From the NCBI GenBank assembly GCA_947502925.1, contig CANNBS010000002.1, forward strand, positions 25,079 to 89,078: DNA of 64,000 nt, given 5' to 3'. The first letter of the stretch is position 1; the number at the start of each line of letters is the position of its first letter. Positions 29,100-40,726 of this stretch are shown in pieces. A model generated the notes under the pieces. The model was given only the letters and a program-made list of their open reading frames with translations. It was not told where the DNA came from and made no database searches. Made by a program: the position numbers and the translations under genes. The stretch comes from an uncultured Marinicella sp. (GTDB lineage: Bacteria; Pseudomonadota; Gammaproteobacteria; Xanthomonadales; Marinicellaceae).

Positions 29100-29855
29100 T
29101 TAACTCTCAATCAACTGTTTAGTCACCCATGATTTCTTTTGTTCAGTGCGCAACAGATAATTGCGCGCCCGATGCAACATGGAATATAAATAATAGAATT
29201 TAGTGGCCAAGGCCATCACCAGCAAAGGTCTTAACATAGACCATTCTTTAATGCCACTGTTCCCGCCCATTATGGAAATACTGGCACCCTGGTGAATACT
29301 GGTCCACCATTCAACTGAATAGCGGATAATGGGTAGATTTATCAGCCCAATAATCGCCACCAGTGCGGCTAAGCGTGCGGCTTTGCGCGGATCATCATCA
29401 TAAGCACTGTAAATACCCATGACGCCAATATATAAAAACAACAATATTAATTCAGAGGTCATACGGGCATCCCAATCCCAATACGTACCCCACATGGGTT
29501 TGCCCCACAACATGCCGGTGAGTAAGGTGAGGGCGGTAAACAGTGCGCCGATTGGGGCGCTGGCCATCATCACCGCTTCAGCGACTTTCATGCGCCAGAC
29601 AAAGGCAATAATACCGCAAATCCCGATAACCGCATAAATAAACATGCTCATCCAGGCTGCCGGAACATGCACAAACATAATGCGGTAAGAATCACCCTGC
29701 TGATAATCAGGCGGTGCATAGAACAGACCGTCGATTAATCCATAAATGGTTAATCCTAATGCCAGAATGAGTAAGGGTTTTAACCAATATCCCGTGATTC
29801 GGTAAAAGCTCGGTGGTGAGCCCATTTCATGATAAAACTTAACAATTTTGTTCAT
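29100..29855 (-). CDS. ccmC: Heme ABC exporter permease CcmC
   Basis: FVHVP, WGKPMWGTYWDWDARMT (WWD domain). Confidence 0.96.
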   Translation of the reverse strand: MNKIVKFYHEMGSPPSFYRITGYWLKPLLILALGLTIYGLIDGLFYAPPDYQQGDSYRIMFVHVPAAWMSMFIYAVIGICGIIAFVWRMKVAEAVMMASAPIGALFTALTLLTGMLWGKPMWGTYWDWDARMTSELILLFLYIGVMGIYSAYDDDPRKAARLAALVAIIGLINLPIIRYSVEWWTSIHQGASISIMGGNSGIKEWSMLRPLLVMALATKFYYLYSMLHRARNYLLRTEQKKSWVTKQLIES

Positions 29856-29865
29856 GGTTTTTAAA

Positions 29866-30528
29866 TTACTCCAAATTAACCTTAATGGCGGCGGCTGCGG
29901 CTAAAGGTGCCAGGGTCAGGCTTAACACCAAGCACCCGGCCAATAATGACAAATGCCCGGCTGGTGTGTTGCCTAAAGTGGTTTCTAAAACGGCGCCGGC
30001 GCCAAAAATTAATACCGGTGCAAGCAGTGGCATAATCAACACACTGAGCAGCATGCCGCCGTTTTTCAGATTCATAATCAACGCCGAACCTACGGTTCCC
30101 AGTAAACTGAATATGGGGGTGGCTATTAATAAAGACAACATTAATACGCCATAGGCATCGCCCGGTAAATGTAATAACACGCCAATCACCGGCGCAAATA
30201 AAATAACCGGTAAACCAGTGGTCAGCCAATGGGCTGTTGCCTTGGCCAGGACAGCCATTGGCAAAGGTAATCCAGATAAAGCATACAGGGCTAAACTGCC
30301 ATCTTCATAGTCATCCTTGAAAATATTTTCTAAGGTAATCAGGGTGCTGATCAGCGCCAGTATCCAGACCACGGCCGGAGCAATCTTCTGTAAGGTTTGG
30401 GCACCGGCCCCCAGGCCCAGCGGGAACATGGTGACAATCAGTAACTGAAACACCAGCGGCTGATAGATATTTGATTTTTTGCGCCAGGCCACCAGCACAT
30501 CACGCTGCAACAATATCCAAAACTTCAT
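29866..30528 (-). CDS. ccmB: Heme exporter protein CcmB
   Basis: FKDDYEDGSL, LIMPLLAPVLIFG. Confidence 0.95.
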   Translation of the reverse strand: MKFWILLQRDVLVAWRKKSNIYQPLVFQLLIVTMFPLGLGAGAQTLQKIAPAVVWILALISTLITLENIFKDDYEDGSLALYALSGLPLPMAVLAKATAHWLTTGLPVILFAPVIGVLLHLPGDAYGVLMLSLLIATPIFSLLGTVGSALIMNLKNGGMLLSVLIMPLLAPVLIFGAGAVLETTLGNTPAGHLSLLAGCLVLSLTLAPLAAAAAIKVNLE

Positions 30529-31181
30529 GGCCGCACCAGTTGAATAAGGTGATTGGCTTTCTGGTGAATACGTTTATTATCGTGGGCGGTGAGCAGGGCT
30601 GCACCACCGTTTTGGATGTGCTCACTAATGGATTCATACAACCAGTCGCAACCGGCCACATCTAAATTAACAAAAGGTTCATCCAATAACCAATAGGTTT
30701 TATTAAGAATCAATAACCGGCTTAAGGCCAGGCGTTTTTTTTGACCGGCTGACAAATCACTGGCATGGTGATACTCGTAACCGGCTAAACCCACCTGATC
30801 CAGAGCTGCTGATATCCGGGTTTCATCACTGCGTACACCATTCATGGTGGTGGCAAAATTCAAATTCTCAAGACAAGTTAAACTGGCTTTATTGCCCAAA
30901 TAATGACCCACATAATGACTCTGCTGGAGCCAGTCATCTAAGATATGTTCGCCGTTAAATTCAATCCCACCCTGACAAAAAGTCCCCAAACCGGCCACTG
31001 CTTCTAACAAGGTGGTTTTGCCTGAACCATTCTGACCGGCCACCACAGCCATTTCACCGGGTTTTAACTGCAGATCAACCGGGGCAAATAAAGGCTCACC
31101 GCCTTTTTGACACTGGGCGTGTGAAATATGTAGAATGGTTGATTGCAAAGCCTTATATGGGTTTGAATTATTGTGGGTCAT
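30525..31181 (-). CDS. ccmA: Heme ABC exporter ATP-binding protein CcmA
   Basis: GQNGSGKT, LSAGQKKR, WLLDEPF. Confidence 0.94.
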   Translation of the reverse strand: MTHNNSNPYKALQSTILHISHAQCQKGGEPLFAPVDLQLKPGEMAVVAGQNGSGKTTLLEAVAGLGTFCQGGIEFNGEHILDDWLQQSHYVGHYLGNKASLTCLENLNFATTMNGVRSDETRISAALDQVGLAGYEYHHASDLSAGQKKRLALSRLLILNKTYWLLDEPFVNLDVAGCDWLYESISEHIQNGGAALLTAHDNKRIHQKANHLIQLVRP

Positions 31182-31219
31182 TTTAGTTTCAAGCGCCCTG
31201 AAAGTAAAGATATGGCGGC

Positions 31220-31261
31220 ATTATACCGCCCTTTAAAGTTCTTGACTTTGATATGTGTCAA
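31220..31261 (-). promoter_or_regulatory. FNR/DNR class II promoter of ccm operon
   Basis: TTGAT-ATGT-GTCAA at 31248-31261; TATAAT on the minus strand at 31225-31220; box centre about -41.5. Confidence 0.75.
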
Positions 31262-31957
31262 TACCAAAAATTAGTTGTTTTAACTGGTGCCGGTATTTCT
31301 GCGGACAGTGGTCTTGCCACCTTTCGTGATGGTGGTGGTTTATGGGAAAATCACCGCATTGAGGAAGTGGCAACACCCGAAGCCTTTGACCGCAATCCGG
31401 CATTGGTGCATCGTTTTTACAATGCACGGCGTGAGGCGGCGGCACAAGCCGAGCCCAATGCCGCTCATCAATGCCTCGCTGCGGTTGAACAACAATCTAA
31501 AGACTTTGTTTTAATCAGCCAGAATGTCGATAATCTACATCAGCGTGCAGGCAGCAAAAACCTTTTATCCATGCACGGTCAACTGAATGAATGCCGCTGT
31601 ATTCAATGTCACTCCATTAATGAGATACATCAAGATTTGACGGTTGAAAGTGTTTGTCCGAATTGTCAAAGTCCTGGGTCTTTACGCCCCAATATCGTTT
31701 GGTTTGGCGAAATGCCATTACACATGGATGAAATTATGGCACAACTAATGGGTTGTGATTTATTCGTCGCCATTGGCACCTCGGGAACGGTTTATCCGGC
31801 CGCCGGATTTGTAGAAATTGCCAAAAGCCATCAGGCTCATACCGTGATGCTGAATTTAGACGGCACCGATAATACGATGTTTGATGAAGTGATAACAGGT
31901 CAGGCTTTTGAAGTGGTGCCGGCGTATTTTTATGATGAACTGGATTTCAAGCGATAG
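31253..31957 (+). CDS. cobB: NAD-dependent protein deacylase (sirtuin)
   Basis: LTGAGISADSG..TFR, SQNVDNLH, HG, two CxxC, LRPNIVWFGE, GTSG.VYPA. Confidence 0.95.
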   Translation: MCQYQKLVVLTGAGISADSGLATFRDGGGLWENHRIEEVATPEAFDRNPALVHRFYNARREAAAQAEPNAAHQCLAAVEQQSKDFVLISQNVDNLHQRAGSKNLLSMHGQLNECRCIQCHSINEIHQDLTVESVCPNCQSPGSLRPNIVWFGEMPLHMDEIMAQLMGCDLFVAIGTSGTVYPAAGFVEIAKSHQAHTVMLNLDGTDNTMFDEVITGQAFEVVPAYFYDELDFKR

Positions 31958-31999
31958 TATCTGTACTTTATGGCGTGGTGTCTATCTTATAAAGTTATC

Positions 32000-32204
32000 A
32001 CCACAGAGGCACAGAGGTCACAGAGTTTTTATGGTCAGTTATGCTGGGACAAGCCCAGCAACCATTGAGCATCCAACTAATCCTTAAAAAGATAATTATT
32101 GTTTAATAAGAAATAAAATTTGATGTGTCATTGGGATGACGGTGTTGGGTGAAATTAATTGTCTGTGAATTCTGTGTACTCTGTGTTCTCTGTGACTCTG
32201 TGGT
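32000..32204. repeat. Palindromic element with CACAGAG tandem arms (module A variant)
   Basis: accacagaggcacagaggtcacagag (32000-32025) pairs with ctctgtgttctctgtgactctgtggt (about 32179-32204). Confidence 0.8.
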
Positions 32205-32229
32205 TAAACTGTACTTCTAAAAGACACTT

Positions 32230-32280
32230 GTTACCGGCCTGCGCCGGTATGGCGGTGTGATGCTTTGCATCAGCACCTTA
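32230..32280 (+). repeat. REP-like module B, copy 1 (51 bp)
   Basis: gttaccggcctgcgccggtatggcggtgtgatgctttgcatcagcacctta; ACCGG/CCGGT hairpin; near-identical direct repeat at 32419. Confidence 0.85.
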
Positions 32281-32285
32281 TTTTA

Positions 32286-32388
32286 TTAACCACAAAGTTT
32301 ACTCAGGTTTTCACAAAGGACGCTCAGTTTAACTTTTAATTATTTTACTTTGTGAGCTTCGCGTGTACTTCGAGCTCTTTGTGGTTAA
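32286..32388. repeat. Palindromic module A, copy with 12-bp TIR
   Basis: TTAACCACAAAG ... CTTTGTGGTTAA. Confidence 0.82.
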
Positions 32389-32418
32389 AACGCACTTCGA
32401 ACATGCTTAAAGACGCTG

Positions 32419-32469
32419 GTTACCGGCCTACGCCGGTATGGCGGTGTGATGCTTTTTATCAGCACCTTA
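32419..32469 (+). repeat. REP-like module B, copy 2 (51 bp)
   Basis: gttaccggcctacgccggtatggcggtgtgatgctttttatcagcacctta; 3 substitutions versus copy 1. Confidence 0.85.
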
Positions 32470-32470
32470 C

Positions 32471-33178
32471 TTATAACTCTTCCAGTTCAATCATTTCTTT
32501 AAGCAAGGCCACATCATGCAGGCGGATGGTTTGTTCTTTAATGCTGATCAGGCCTTTATTTTGGAGGGATTTCAGTGCCCGTGAGAAGGTTTCCGGTTTA
32601 ATTGACAAGCGTGATGCAATATCTCGTTTCGGAACGGCCAATTTAAATTCACATTCGTTGCCGTTTTGTTGTGATACCTGCCCCAGAAAATAGTCGACCA
32701 TTCGAAAAGAGGCGTTGTGCAGGGTTTGCTTATCCAGTTCTTTGACCATCCAGTGCAGCCGCATGGATAAGTGGCTGAGCATTTTGAGGCACAATTCGGT
32801 GGAATTCTTCAGTAAATTGAGCAGTTTTTTACCATCTATCGAAACCAACACACTGTCTTTAAGGGCAGTGGCAGTCACCGGATATTTGGGTGCGCCGGCA
32901 AACAATACACCTTCGGCAAAAGTGCGTCCGGGCAATAAAACTTCAATAATCTTTTCTTCGCCTTTAAAGCTACCGCGGCCGAGTTTTACGGCGCCATCGT
33001 AAACAAAATAAATATGTGTCAATTCCTGACCTTGCTGAAAAATAATTTGTTCCTGACCGGCTTTGGTTAAACGCGAAAAATTGAGCACCTGATCGAAGGT
33101 GTCCGCATCAAAACCAGAAAACATCACCGATTGTTTTAAAGCCATGACCACATTGTGGTTCAGCGTTTTGTCTAACAT
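32471..33178 (-). CDS. dnr: Crp/Fnr-family regulator, DNR type
   Basis: cNMP-binding fold (GEEKIIEV, TFAEG), recognition helix PETFSR, no FNR Fe-S cysteine cluster; adjacent to nirS. Confidence 0.82.
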   Translation of the reverse strand: MLDKTLNHNVVMALKQSVMFSGFDADTFDQVLNFSRLTKAGQEQIIFQQGQELTHIYFVYDGAVKLGRGSFKGEEKIIEVLLPGRTFAEGVLFAGAPKYPVTATALKDSVLVSIDGKKLLNLLKNSTELCLKMLSHLSMRLHWMVKELDKQTLHNASFRMVDYFLGQVSQQNGNECEFKLAVPKRDIASRLSIKPETFSRALKSLQNKGLISIKEQTIRLHDVALLKEMIELEEL

Positions 33179-33233
33179 ACGATATTGAGTTTAAAAGTAG
33201 GGCATCATACCATATGACCCATTTCTGTAAGGC

Positions 33234-33262
33234 AAAAAAAAGCGGCCTCACAAAGAGGCCGC
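33234..33262 (-). terminator. Intrinsic terminator after nirS
   Basis: GCGGCCTC/GAGGCCGC stem with T8 on the minus strand. Confidence 0.85.
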
Positions 33263-33287
33263 CAGGGTATCGCACTTGTCGAAGTGC

Positions 33288-35453
<2,166 letters not shown>

Positions 35454-35500
35454 TTAAAAATCATTGTTCCGAATTTATGTTGATAGTCTTTCAATGATGT

Positions 35501-35541
35501 ATTTTACGTATAGATAAAATGACTTCATTGATGTAAGTCAA
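35501..35541 (-). promoter_or_regulatory. FNR/DNR class II promoter of nirS
   Basis: TTGAT-GTAA-GTCAA at 35528-35541; TAAAAT on the minus strand at 35506-35501. Confidence 0.78.
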
Positions 35542-35567
35542 GCTGACTACATTAGTTTAACATCTAA

Positions 35568-37751
35568 TCACCACTGGTACGAGTAAGACATTGAAAAATA
35601 ACGTGAAGATTGCGTTAATGCGTTGATAATGGGGTCTTCTGCATCGAAATTACGGACTTGTTGCCATTGCCAGTAGGTCTTGTCGGTGAGGTTATTTATA
35701 CTGAACTGTAATCTTGATTGTGGCGTAAAGTGGTAACTGGCCATCCAGTCAAAAACCGCATAACCGGGCGTTTGAAACAAATCTTCCTGGGTTAAATCAA
35801 CTTCATCCTGTGCCGCACTAAAACGACCATACAACCCCATGTGCCATTTTTTTGACGCGCTGGTCCATTGGGCAGACAACACCGCTTTGGGCGGTGACAC
35901 AGAATTGAGGGGCTGATCGTTGGTTTCATTCACACCTTTTGTCCAGGACAGGGCAGCGTGGGTTTGCCAGTGCTCATTAATAAACCATTGGTGATCAATT
36001 TCAAAGCCGTGAATACGGGCTTTGGCGATGTTTTGTGATTGAAATAACAACGCCTGGGTTTCGGGGTCAATCCCCAAAGGTGCACGGGAAACAATCAGGT
36101 CCTTGTATTCGTTATAAAAGCCGCTAAGGGTGAGTCTCTGATTGGGTAAAATTAATCGGTAACCGGCTTCATAACCATTGGATGTTTCGCTCTTTAAATC
36201 AGGGTTTGGAATCGAGCGATAATTAAACAGAGCGATGTTAAAACCAATATTGACATCTTCAGCCGGTGGTGCCCGAAAGCCCCGCACATATTGGGCATAG
36301 ACACTGCTGTAATCATCAATCTGATATAACAAGCCTAATTTAGGTGAAAAATCAGATTCATCAATATCAACCACTTCAATGTCTTCGGCGTTATTATCAA
36401 ACAGGGCATCCCGGGAGGGATCCAAATCATAGCGATCAAAACGCAGCGCAGGAATCAGTGTCCATTGATCACTTAAATCAATTTCATCATGAACAAACAC
36501 ACCAATTTCTTTAACATTGGTGAGCGGAAAATCCCGGAATGGAAATACCTCGCCCAATAAAATATTCGTACTGTCACCGGTGTTTAGATTGGTTTGCAGC
36601 GCATCTCGGTATTCGGCGACATCTGTTTGGGTGATTTCAACACCATAAATAAGCCGGTGTGACCAGCCACCGGTGTTAAATTGCTTGGTGAAATTGGCTT
36701 CCATCCCCAGCGCTTTTTGTTCAAAGCTAAACACACGATCTTGTCGCAGCGGTGTGCCTCGGCGTGAAAAACGATTTTCAGCGGTTTTTTGTAAAAACTC
36801 GGTGTTGCTGTGATAAAGCCGGATTAATCCATCATCTGCCCAGCCCTTATTGAGCATAAAATCATAGGTGGCGCTTATTTTTTGGGATTCACTGCTGTCA
36901 TCACCGGCCAGTGCGGTGGTGTTGGCAAAACGACCCTGGCCGATAAAAGAATGGATTTGGGTGGTTTGATCGCGTTGTTGGGCCTGTACATTAAATGACA
37001 GCTGATGCCCCGGCGCCACATCAGTGACCCATTTACCAAAAACGGATTGCTGATCCCAATCGGCATGATCATCTGCCAGGGTTGTGGGTCTTTGCAGACC
37101 TTTGCCATCACGTTGGTTAATATTAAATATCACACCATTGTTCTGGCCATTCCAGGCATGGGTGTAGGTACCATGCCGGCCATTATACTGACCATTAAAG
37201 CCCACTCTAATCTGACGCCAATGATCACCCGCACTCATCATATCCTGTGGATTCCTGGTGTGAATACTAACAATCCCGCCCAATGCATTACTACCATATA
37301 GAGTGGAGGCAGGACCTTTTAAAACTTCAATACTTTGAATAACAGAGACATCCGGATATTGCGTCGTGGCGAACGAATACGAGCCAATATCAAAAGCTTT
37401 AGCATTAGGTACACCATCGACTTCAACCGCCACCCGGTTACTGCCAATGCCGCGAATATTAATGCCTGAAGTACTAAAGCGGTTACCGGCTTGTTCAATA
37501 TTAATATTGGTTTCGTAACGCAAGGCCGCCGCCATATCTTCACTTTGGGTGTTTTGGATCTGTTCGGCACTGATGATGGCCACATCAGCAGCCACTTCCT
37601 GTAAAGCCCGTGCCTGTTTATACGCGACCACAATCATCGGACTTAAATCGGTGGTGTCATTTATATCCTGGTTAGCGGTGCTGTCGTCTTGCGCATTTGT
37701 GGTTGATGTCATTAAGCCCAGAATGACAACTAAACTGAATTTTTTCATCAC
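35568..37751 (-). CDS. TonB-dependent receptor, heme/hemoglobin-receptor family
   Basis: Signal peptide, plug (NIRG, IEVLKGPASTLYGSNALGG), FRAP..NPDL motifs, C-terminal YQW. Confidence 0.88.
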   Translation of the reverse strand: MMKKFSLVVILGLMTSTTNAQDDSTANQDINDTTDLSPMIVVAYKQARALQEVAADVAIISAEQIQNTQSEDMAAALRYETNINIEQAGNRFSTSGINIRGIGSNRVAVEVDGVPNAKAFDIGSYSFATTQYPDVSVIQSIEVLKGPASTLYGSNALGGIVSIHTRNPQDMMSAGDHWRQIRVGFNGQYNGRHGTYTHAWNGQNNGVIFNINQRDGKGLQRPTTLADDHADWDQQSVFGKWVTDVAPGHQLSFNVQAQQRDQTTQIHSFIGQGRFANTTALAGDDSSESQKISATYDFMLNKGWADDGLIRLYHSNTEFLQKTAENRFSRRGTPLRQDRVFSFEQKALGMEANFTKQFNTGGWSHRLIYGVEITQTDVAEYRDALQTNLNTGDSTNILLGEVFPFRDFPLTNVKEIGVFVHDEIDLSDQWTLIPALRFDRYDLDPSRDALFDNNAEDIEVVDIDESDFSPKLGLLYQIDDYSSVYAQYVRGFRAPPAEDVNIGFNIALFNYRSIPNPDLKSETSNGYEAGYRLILPNQRLTLSGFYNEYKDLIVSRAPLGIDPETQALLFQSQNIAKARIHGFEIDHQWFINEHWQTHAALSWTKGVNETNDQPLNSVSPPKAVLSAQWTSASKKWHMGLYGRFSAAQDEVDLTQEDLFQTPGYAVFDWMASYHFTPQSRLQFSINNLTDKTYWQWQQVRNFDAEDPIINALTQSSRYFSMSYSYQW

Positions 37752-37796
37752 TTTGATTAAATTTATAAAGTGATACAGTTTAACGGATTTGCTTAT

Positions 37797-38324
37797 TTAT
37801 GAAATGACATTTGTCAATTTGTGTCTTTTAAATTCGATTAGTCTGAGGAGATGTTGGCTTAATTTCATACCGATGGATAAGGCCCGTGTCTCATCCGGAT
37901 CCAATGCCGCCAAAAAGTTTTTTATATACAAACCCAATTCCGTGTCACCCTGGCTGTCCAGTCGACGACTAAAGAACAAACCATCGGCATCATCTTGTTG
38001 GCTGACCAGTTGTAATAGCGTATATACATCGGTGGTCAGGACTAAATCAGCTTTATTATTGCGATCAGATACCTGTAATTTATTTTGATGAAGCCGCAGG
38101 GCAAACTGGATGTAGGCATCTTTAATATGGACATCAATGATGCGGTCTTGTAAAAAGTCCAGGGCATGGTCTTCTAATGCAGGCTTAAAAAAATGATTCA
38201 GCGCCTGTTCAATAATTCGATGCTGAATTATTGGCGGCATCCATTTCAGTGGTAAGGCCAGAGTTACCGGCATCTGTGGTGCTTGGCTTAGCGCTGCTGC
38301 TGGCTGTTTTTGATTTGAGTCCAT
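37797..38324 (-). CDS. ubiT: SCP2-domain lipid carrier UbiT
   Basis: LDFLQDR, DADGLFFSRRLDSQGDTELGLYIKNFL; clustered with ubiUV; start may be downstream (38273). Confidence 0.85.
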   Translation of the reverse strand: MDSNQKQPAAALSQAPQMPVTLALPLKWMPPIIQHRIIEQALNHFFKPALEDHALDFLQDRIIDVHIKDAYIQFALRLHQNKLQVSDRNNKADLVLTTDVYTLLQLVSQQDDADGLFFSRRLDSQGDTELGLYIKNFLAALDPDETRALSIGMKLSQHLLRLIEFKRHKLTNVIS

Positions 38325-39817
38325 AGGTCATCAATATGTTGTTTAAATTGCTTAGAATATTGTATCGGGCGTCCCCAGGTGCGGTTGGTCTCGGCCGGCC
38401 ATTTATGGGTGGCATCGAGGCCCATTTTTCCGCCCAGACGGCTTTGGGGGCTGGAAAAGTCCAGATAATCCACTGGTGTTTGTTCTAAGATAAAGCTGTC
38501 TCTGGCCGGATCGGCACGGGTGCTGATGGCCCAGACGACATCGGACCAATTACGCACATTAATATCTTCATCTGTGACAATGATGTATTTGGTGTATGAA
38601 AATTGCCGTAAAAAAGACCACACCGCCATCATTATTCGTTTCGCGTGGCCGGGGTATTGTTTGCGGATACTGACCACCGCCATGCGATAGGAACAGGCCG
38701 CCGGTGGTAAATAGAAGTCGACTATTTCAGGGAACTGGTTTTGTAATAAAGGAATAAAAAGTTCATTGAGCACCGAAGCCATCATGGAGGGTTCATCTTC
38801 ACCAGGATGCCCCATATAACTGGTGTGGTAAAGCGGGTTATCTCGAAAGCTCATGGCTTCCACAGTAAACACCGGAAAATTCTCAACAGAATTATAAAAG
38901 CCGGTGTGATCACCAAAAGGGCCTTCAGCGGCGGTTTCATCCGGTTCAATATAACCCTCCAAAACAATTTCAGCCTTTGCCGGTATGCTTAAATGTGGGT
39001 GCAAATAACCCGGCGTGATTTGTGTTTTGGCGCCACGTAACAAACCGGCAAAATGATATTCACTTAAGGTATCCGGAATCGGTGCCACCGCTGCCAGTGC
39101 TGTTATGGGGTCAGCACCGATTACCACCGCCACCGGAAAGCGCTCGCCTGGATTTGATTGTTTAAAATCATTGAAATCTGTGGCACCACCCCGATGCGCT
39201 AGCCAGCGCATGATCAGTTTATTTTTTGCGATGGGTTGTTGACGATAAATACCGATGTTCTGACGTTTTTGGTACGGGCCTTGGGTGATGACCAGTCCAA
39301 AAGTCAGCAGGGTACTGACATCCTCCGGCCAACAGGTGGGTAAGGGCAGTAAGCTTAAATCCACATCCGAGTTTTTAAGCACATTATTTTGGCAGGATGG
39401 CTCATCAACCAGTCGTGGGTTAATATAACTCAGGCGTTTGAAATTCTTCGCCAGATCATGGCTCTGTTTTAAGTTGGTTGGTAATTCAGGTGATTGCAGA
39501 TAGGCCAGTTGTTTTCCGAGATCCTTGAGTTGCGCTTTATTCTTTAAGCCCAGAGCTTTGAGCACCCGTGCTTCGGTGCCGAATAAATTAGCGATCACAG
39601 GCATACTGTGGCCACTTTTTAATTGATTAAATTGTAGGGCAGGGCCTTGTTCCTTTAAACAGCGGTGACTGATGGCGGTGAGTTCATAGTCTAAATCAAC
39701 CGGCTGATTGATCTGTAATAAATCTTCACCAAGACCGCCTAAAAAATCCCGCAAGCTGTGAATATGCTGACTGCTATGCGAATCCAGGGCATGGGCAATA
39801 ATACGCTCAAATTTCAT
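38288..39817 (-). CDS. ubiD: 4-hydroxy-3-polyprenylbenzoate decarboxylase
   Basis: NIGIYRQQ, LIMRWLAHRGGA, EGPFGDHTGFY, DYLDFSSP..LGGKMGLDAT. Confidence 0.93.
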   Translation of the reverse strand: MKFERIIAHALDSHSSQHIHSLRDFLGGLGEDLLQINQPVDLDYELTAISHRCLKEQGPALQFNQLKSGHSMPVIANLFGTEARVLKALGLKNKAQLKDLGKQLAYLQSPELPTNLKQSHDLAKNFKRLSYINPRLVDEPSCQNNVLKNSDVDLSLLPLPTCWPEDVSTLLTFGLVITQGPYQKRQNIGIYRQQPIAKNKLIMRWLAHRGGATDFNDFKQSNPGERFPVAVVIGADPITALAAVAPIPDTLSEYHFAGLLRGAKTQITPGYLHPHLSIPAKAEIVLEGYIEPDETAAEGPFGDHTGFYNSVENFPVFTVEAMSFRDNPLYHTSYMGHPGEDEPSMMASVLNELFIPLLQNQFPEIVDFYLPPAACSYRMAVVSIRKQYPGHAKRIMMAVWSFLRQFSYTKYIIVTDEDINVRNWSDVVWAISTRADPARDSFILEQTPVDYLDFSSPQSRLGGKMGLDATHKWPAETNRTWGRPIQYSKQFKQHIDDLWTQIKNSQQQR

Positions 39818-39823
39818 GATTAG

Positions 39824-40726
39824 TCACTGATTAACCGCCACCCAGTTTTTACCGGCTTGCTGGTGCCAGTAACCGTTACTGATGGGGTGAAGGGAACATT
39901 TGGCTAATTTTTGCTGGGCTTTTTCGATACTGAGTTGTTGTTTTCTGACTGCGTCAAAAAGATCAATCACTTCAAAGCAACGGTTCTGCTGTGGGCTAAT
40001 ACGCAATATATCCACAGCTGGATCATTGACAGCTTCAATGAGATTCTGGATACTGCCTGATTGGGTCTGGATACCGTTAATGACCAGAAAATCTTTATGT
40101 TCCTGGGTTTTCATGGCCAGACCATCGGGGTATTGATCGCAGATAAAGCCACATTGATCTTTACTGCGGTTATGGGTTCGGGCAGTAAAACAGCGGGCAG
40201 AATAGGCCAGCGATAAACGCCCCCAGGCGGGTAGTTCAATTTCGATACCGCTTAAATCAAAATCATGTAAAGCATTTTGGTTATGTTCGTGGGGTATAAC
40301 CCAACGTGTTAAACCCAATGATTTAAGTTTATCTAAACTGCGTTGGTTATAAATATTTAAAGAACCACCGGCGATAAACTCAGGTTTGGTGTAACTGCTG
40401 CGTAGTTGTAGCGCGGACATGTCATTGGCTTCCACGCCAAAGTAATTTTGTTGGCAGATTTTGGTCATCACCGATAATTCAGAGGCCGCTTCCACCAGGG
40501 CTAGGGTCGATAACACCACTTCTTTACCGGCAGTTTGTAAATTTTTACCAATTTCCAACCAGTCATTTAGGCTCAAAGCTCGGCGTTTACTGCACACCGT
40601 CTCGCCCAAATACACCACATCAATCGGTGATGTGGCCACATGCTGATAGAATTGTTCAACAGATTCCCGGTCCCAAAAATAAGGAATCGGTGCCAGGGAT
40701 AATTTTTTATGGGTTTGTTCAATCAT
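39824..40726 (-). CDS. ubiV: O2-independent ubiquinone biosynthesis protein UbiV (U32)
   Basis: VYLGETVCSKRR, LAYSARCFTAR, CGFIC; ATG 40726 overlaps the ubiU stop. Confidence 0.93.
   Translation of the reverse strand: MIEQTHKKLSLAPIPYFWDRESVEQFYQHVATSPIDVVYLGETVCSKRRALSLNDWLEIGKNLQTAGKEVVLSTLALVEAASELSVMTKICQQNYFGVEANDMSALQLRSSYTKPEFIAGGSLNIYNQRSLDKLKSLGLTRWVIPHEHNQNALHDFDLSGIEIELPAWGRLSLAYSARCFTARTHNRSKDQCGFICDQYPDGLAMKTQEHKDFLVINGIQTQSGSIQNLIEAVNDPAVDILRISPQQNRCFEVIDLFDAVRKQQLSIEKAQQKLAKCSLHPISNGYWHQQAGKNWVAVNQ

Noticed and set aside
32000-32470. Repeat cluster as a CRISPR array
   Set aside because: Only two copies per module, no regular repeat-spacer periodicity, and no cas genes.
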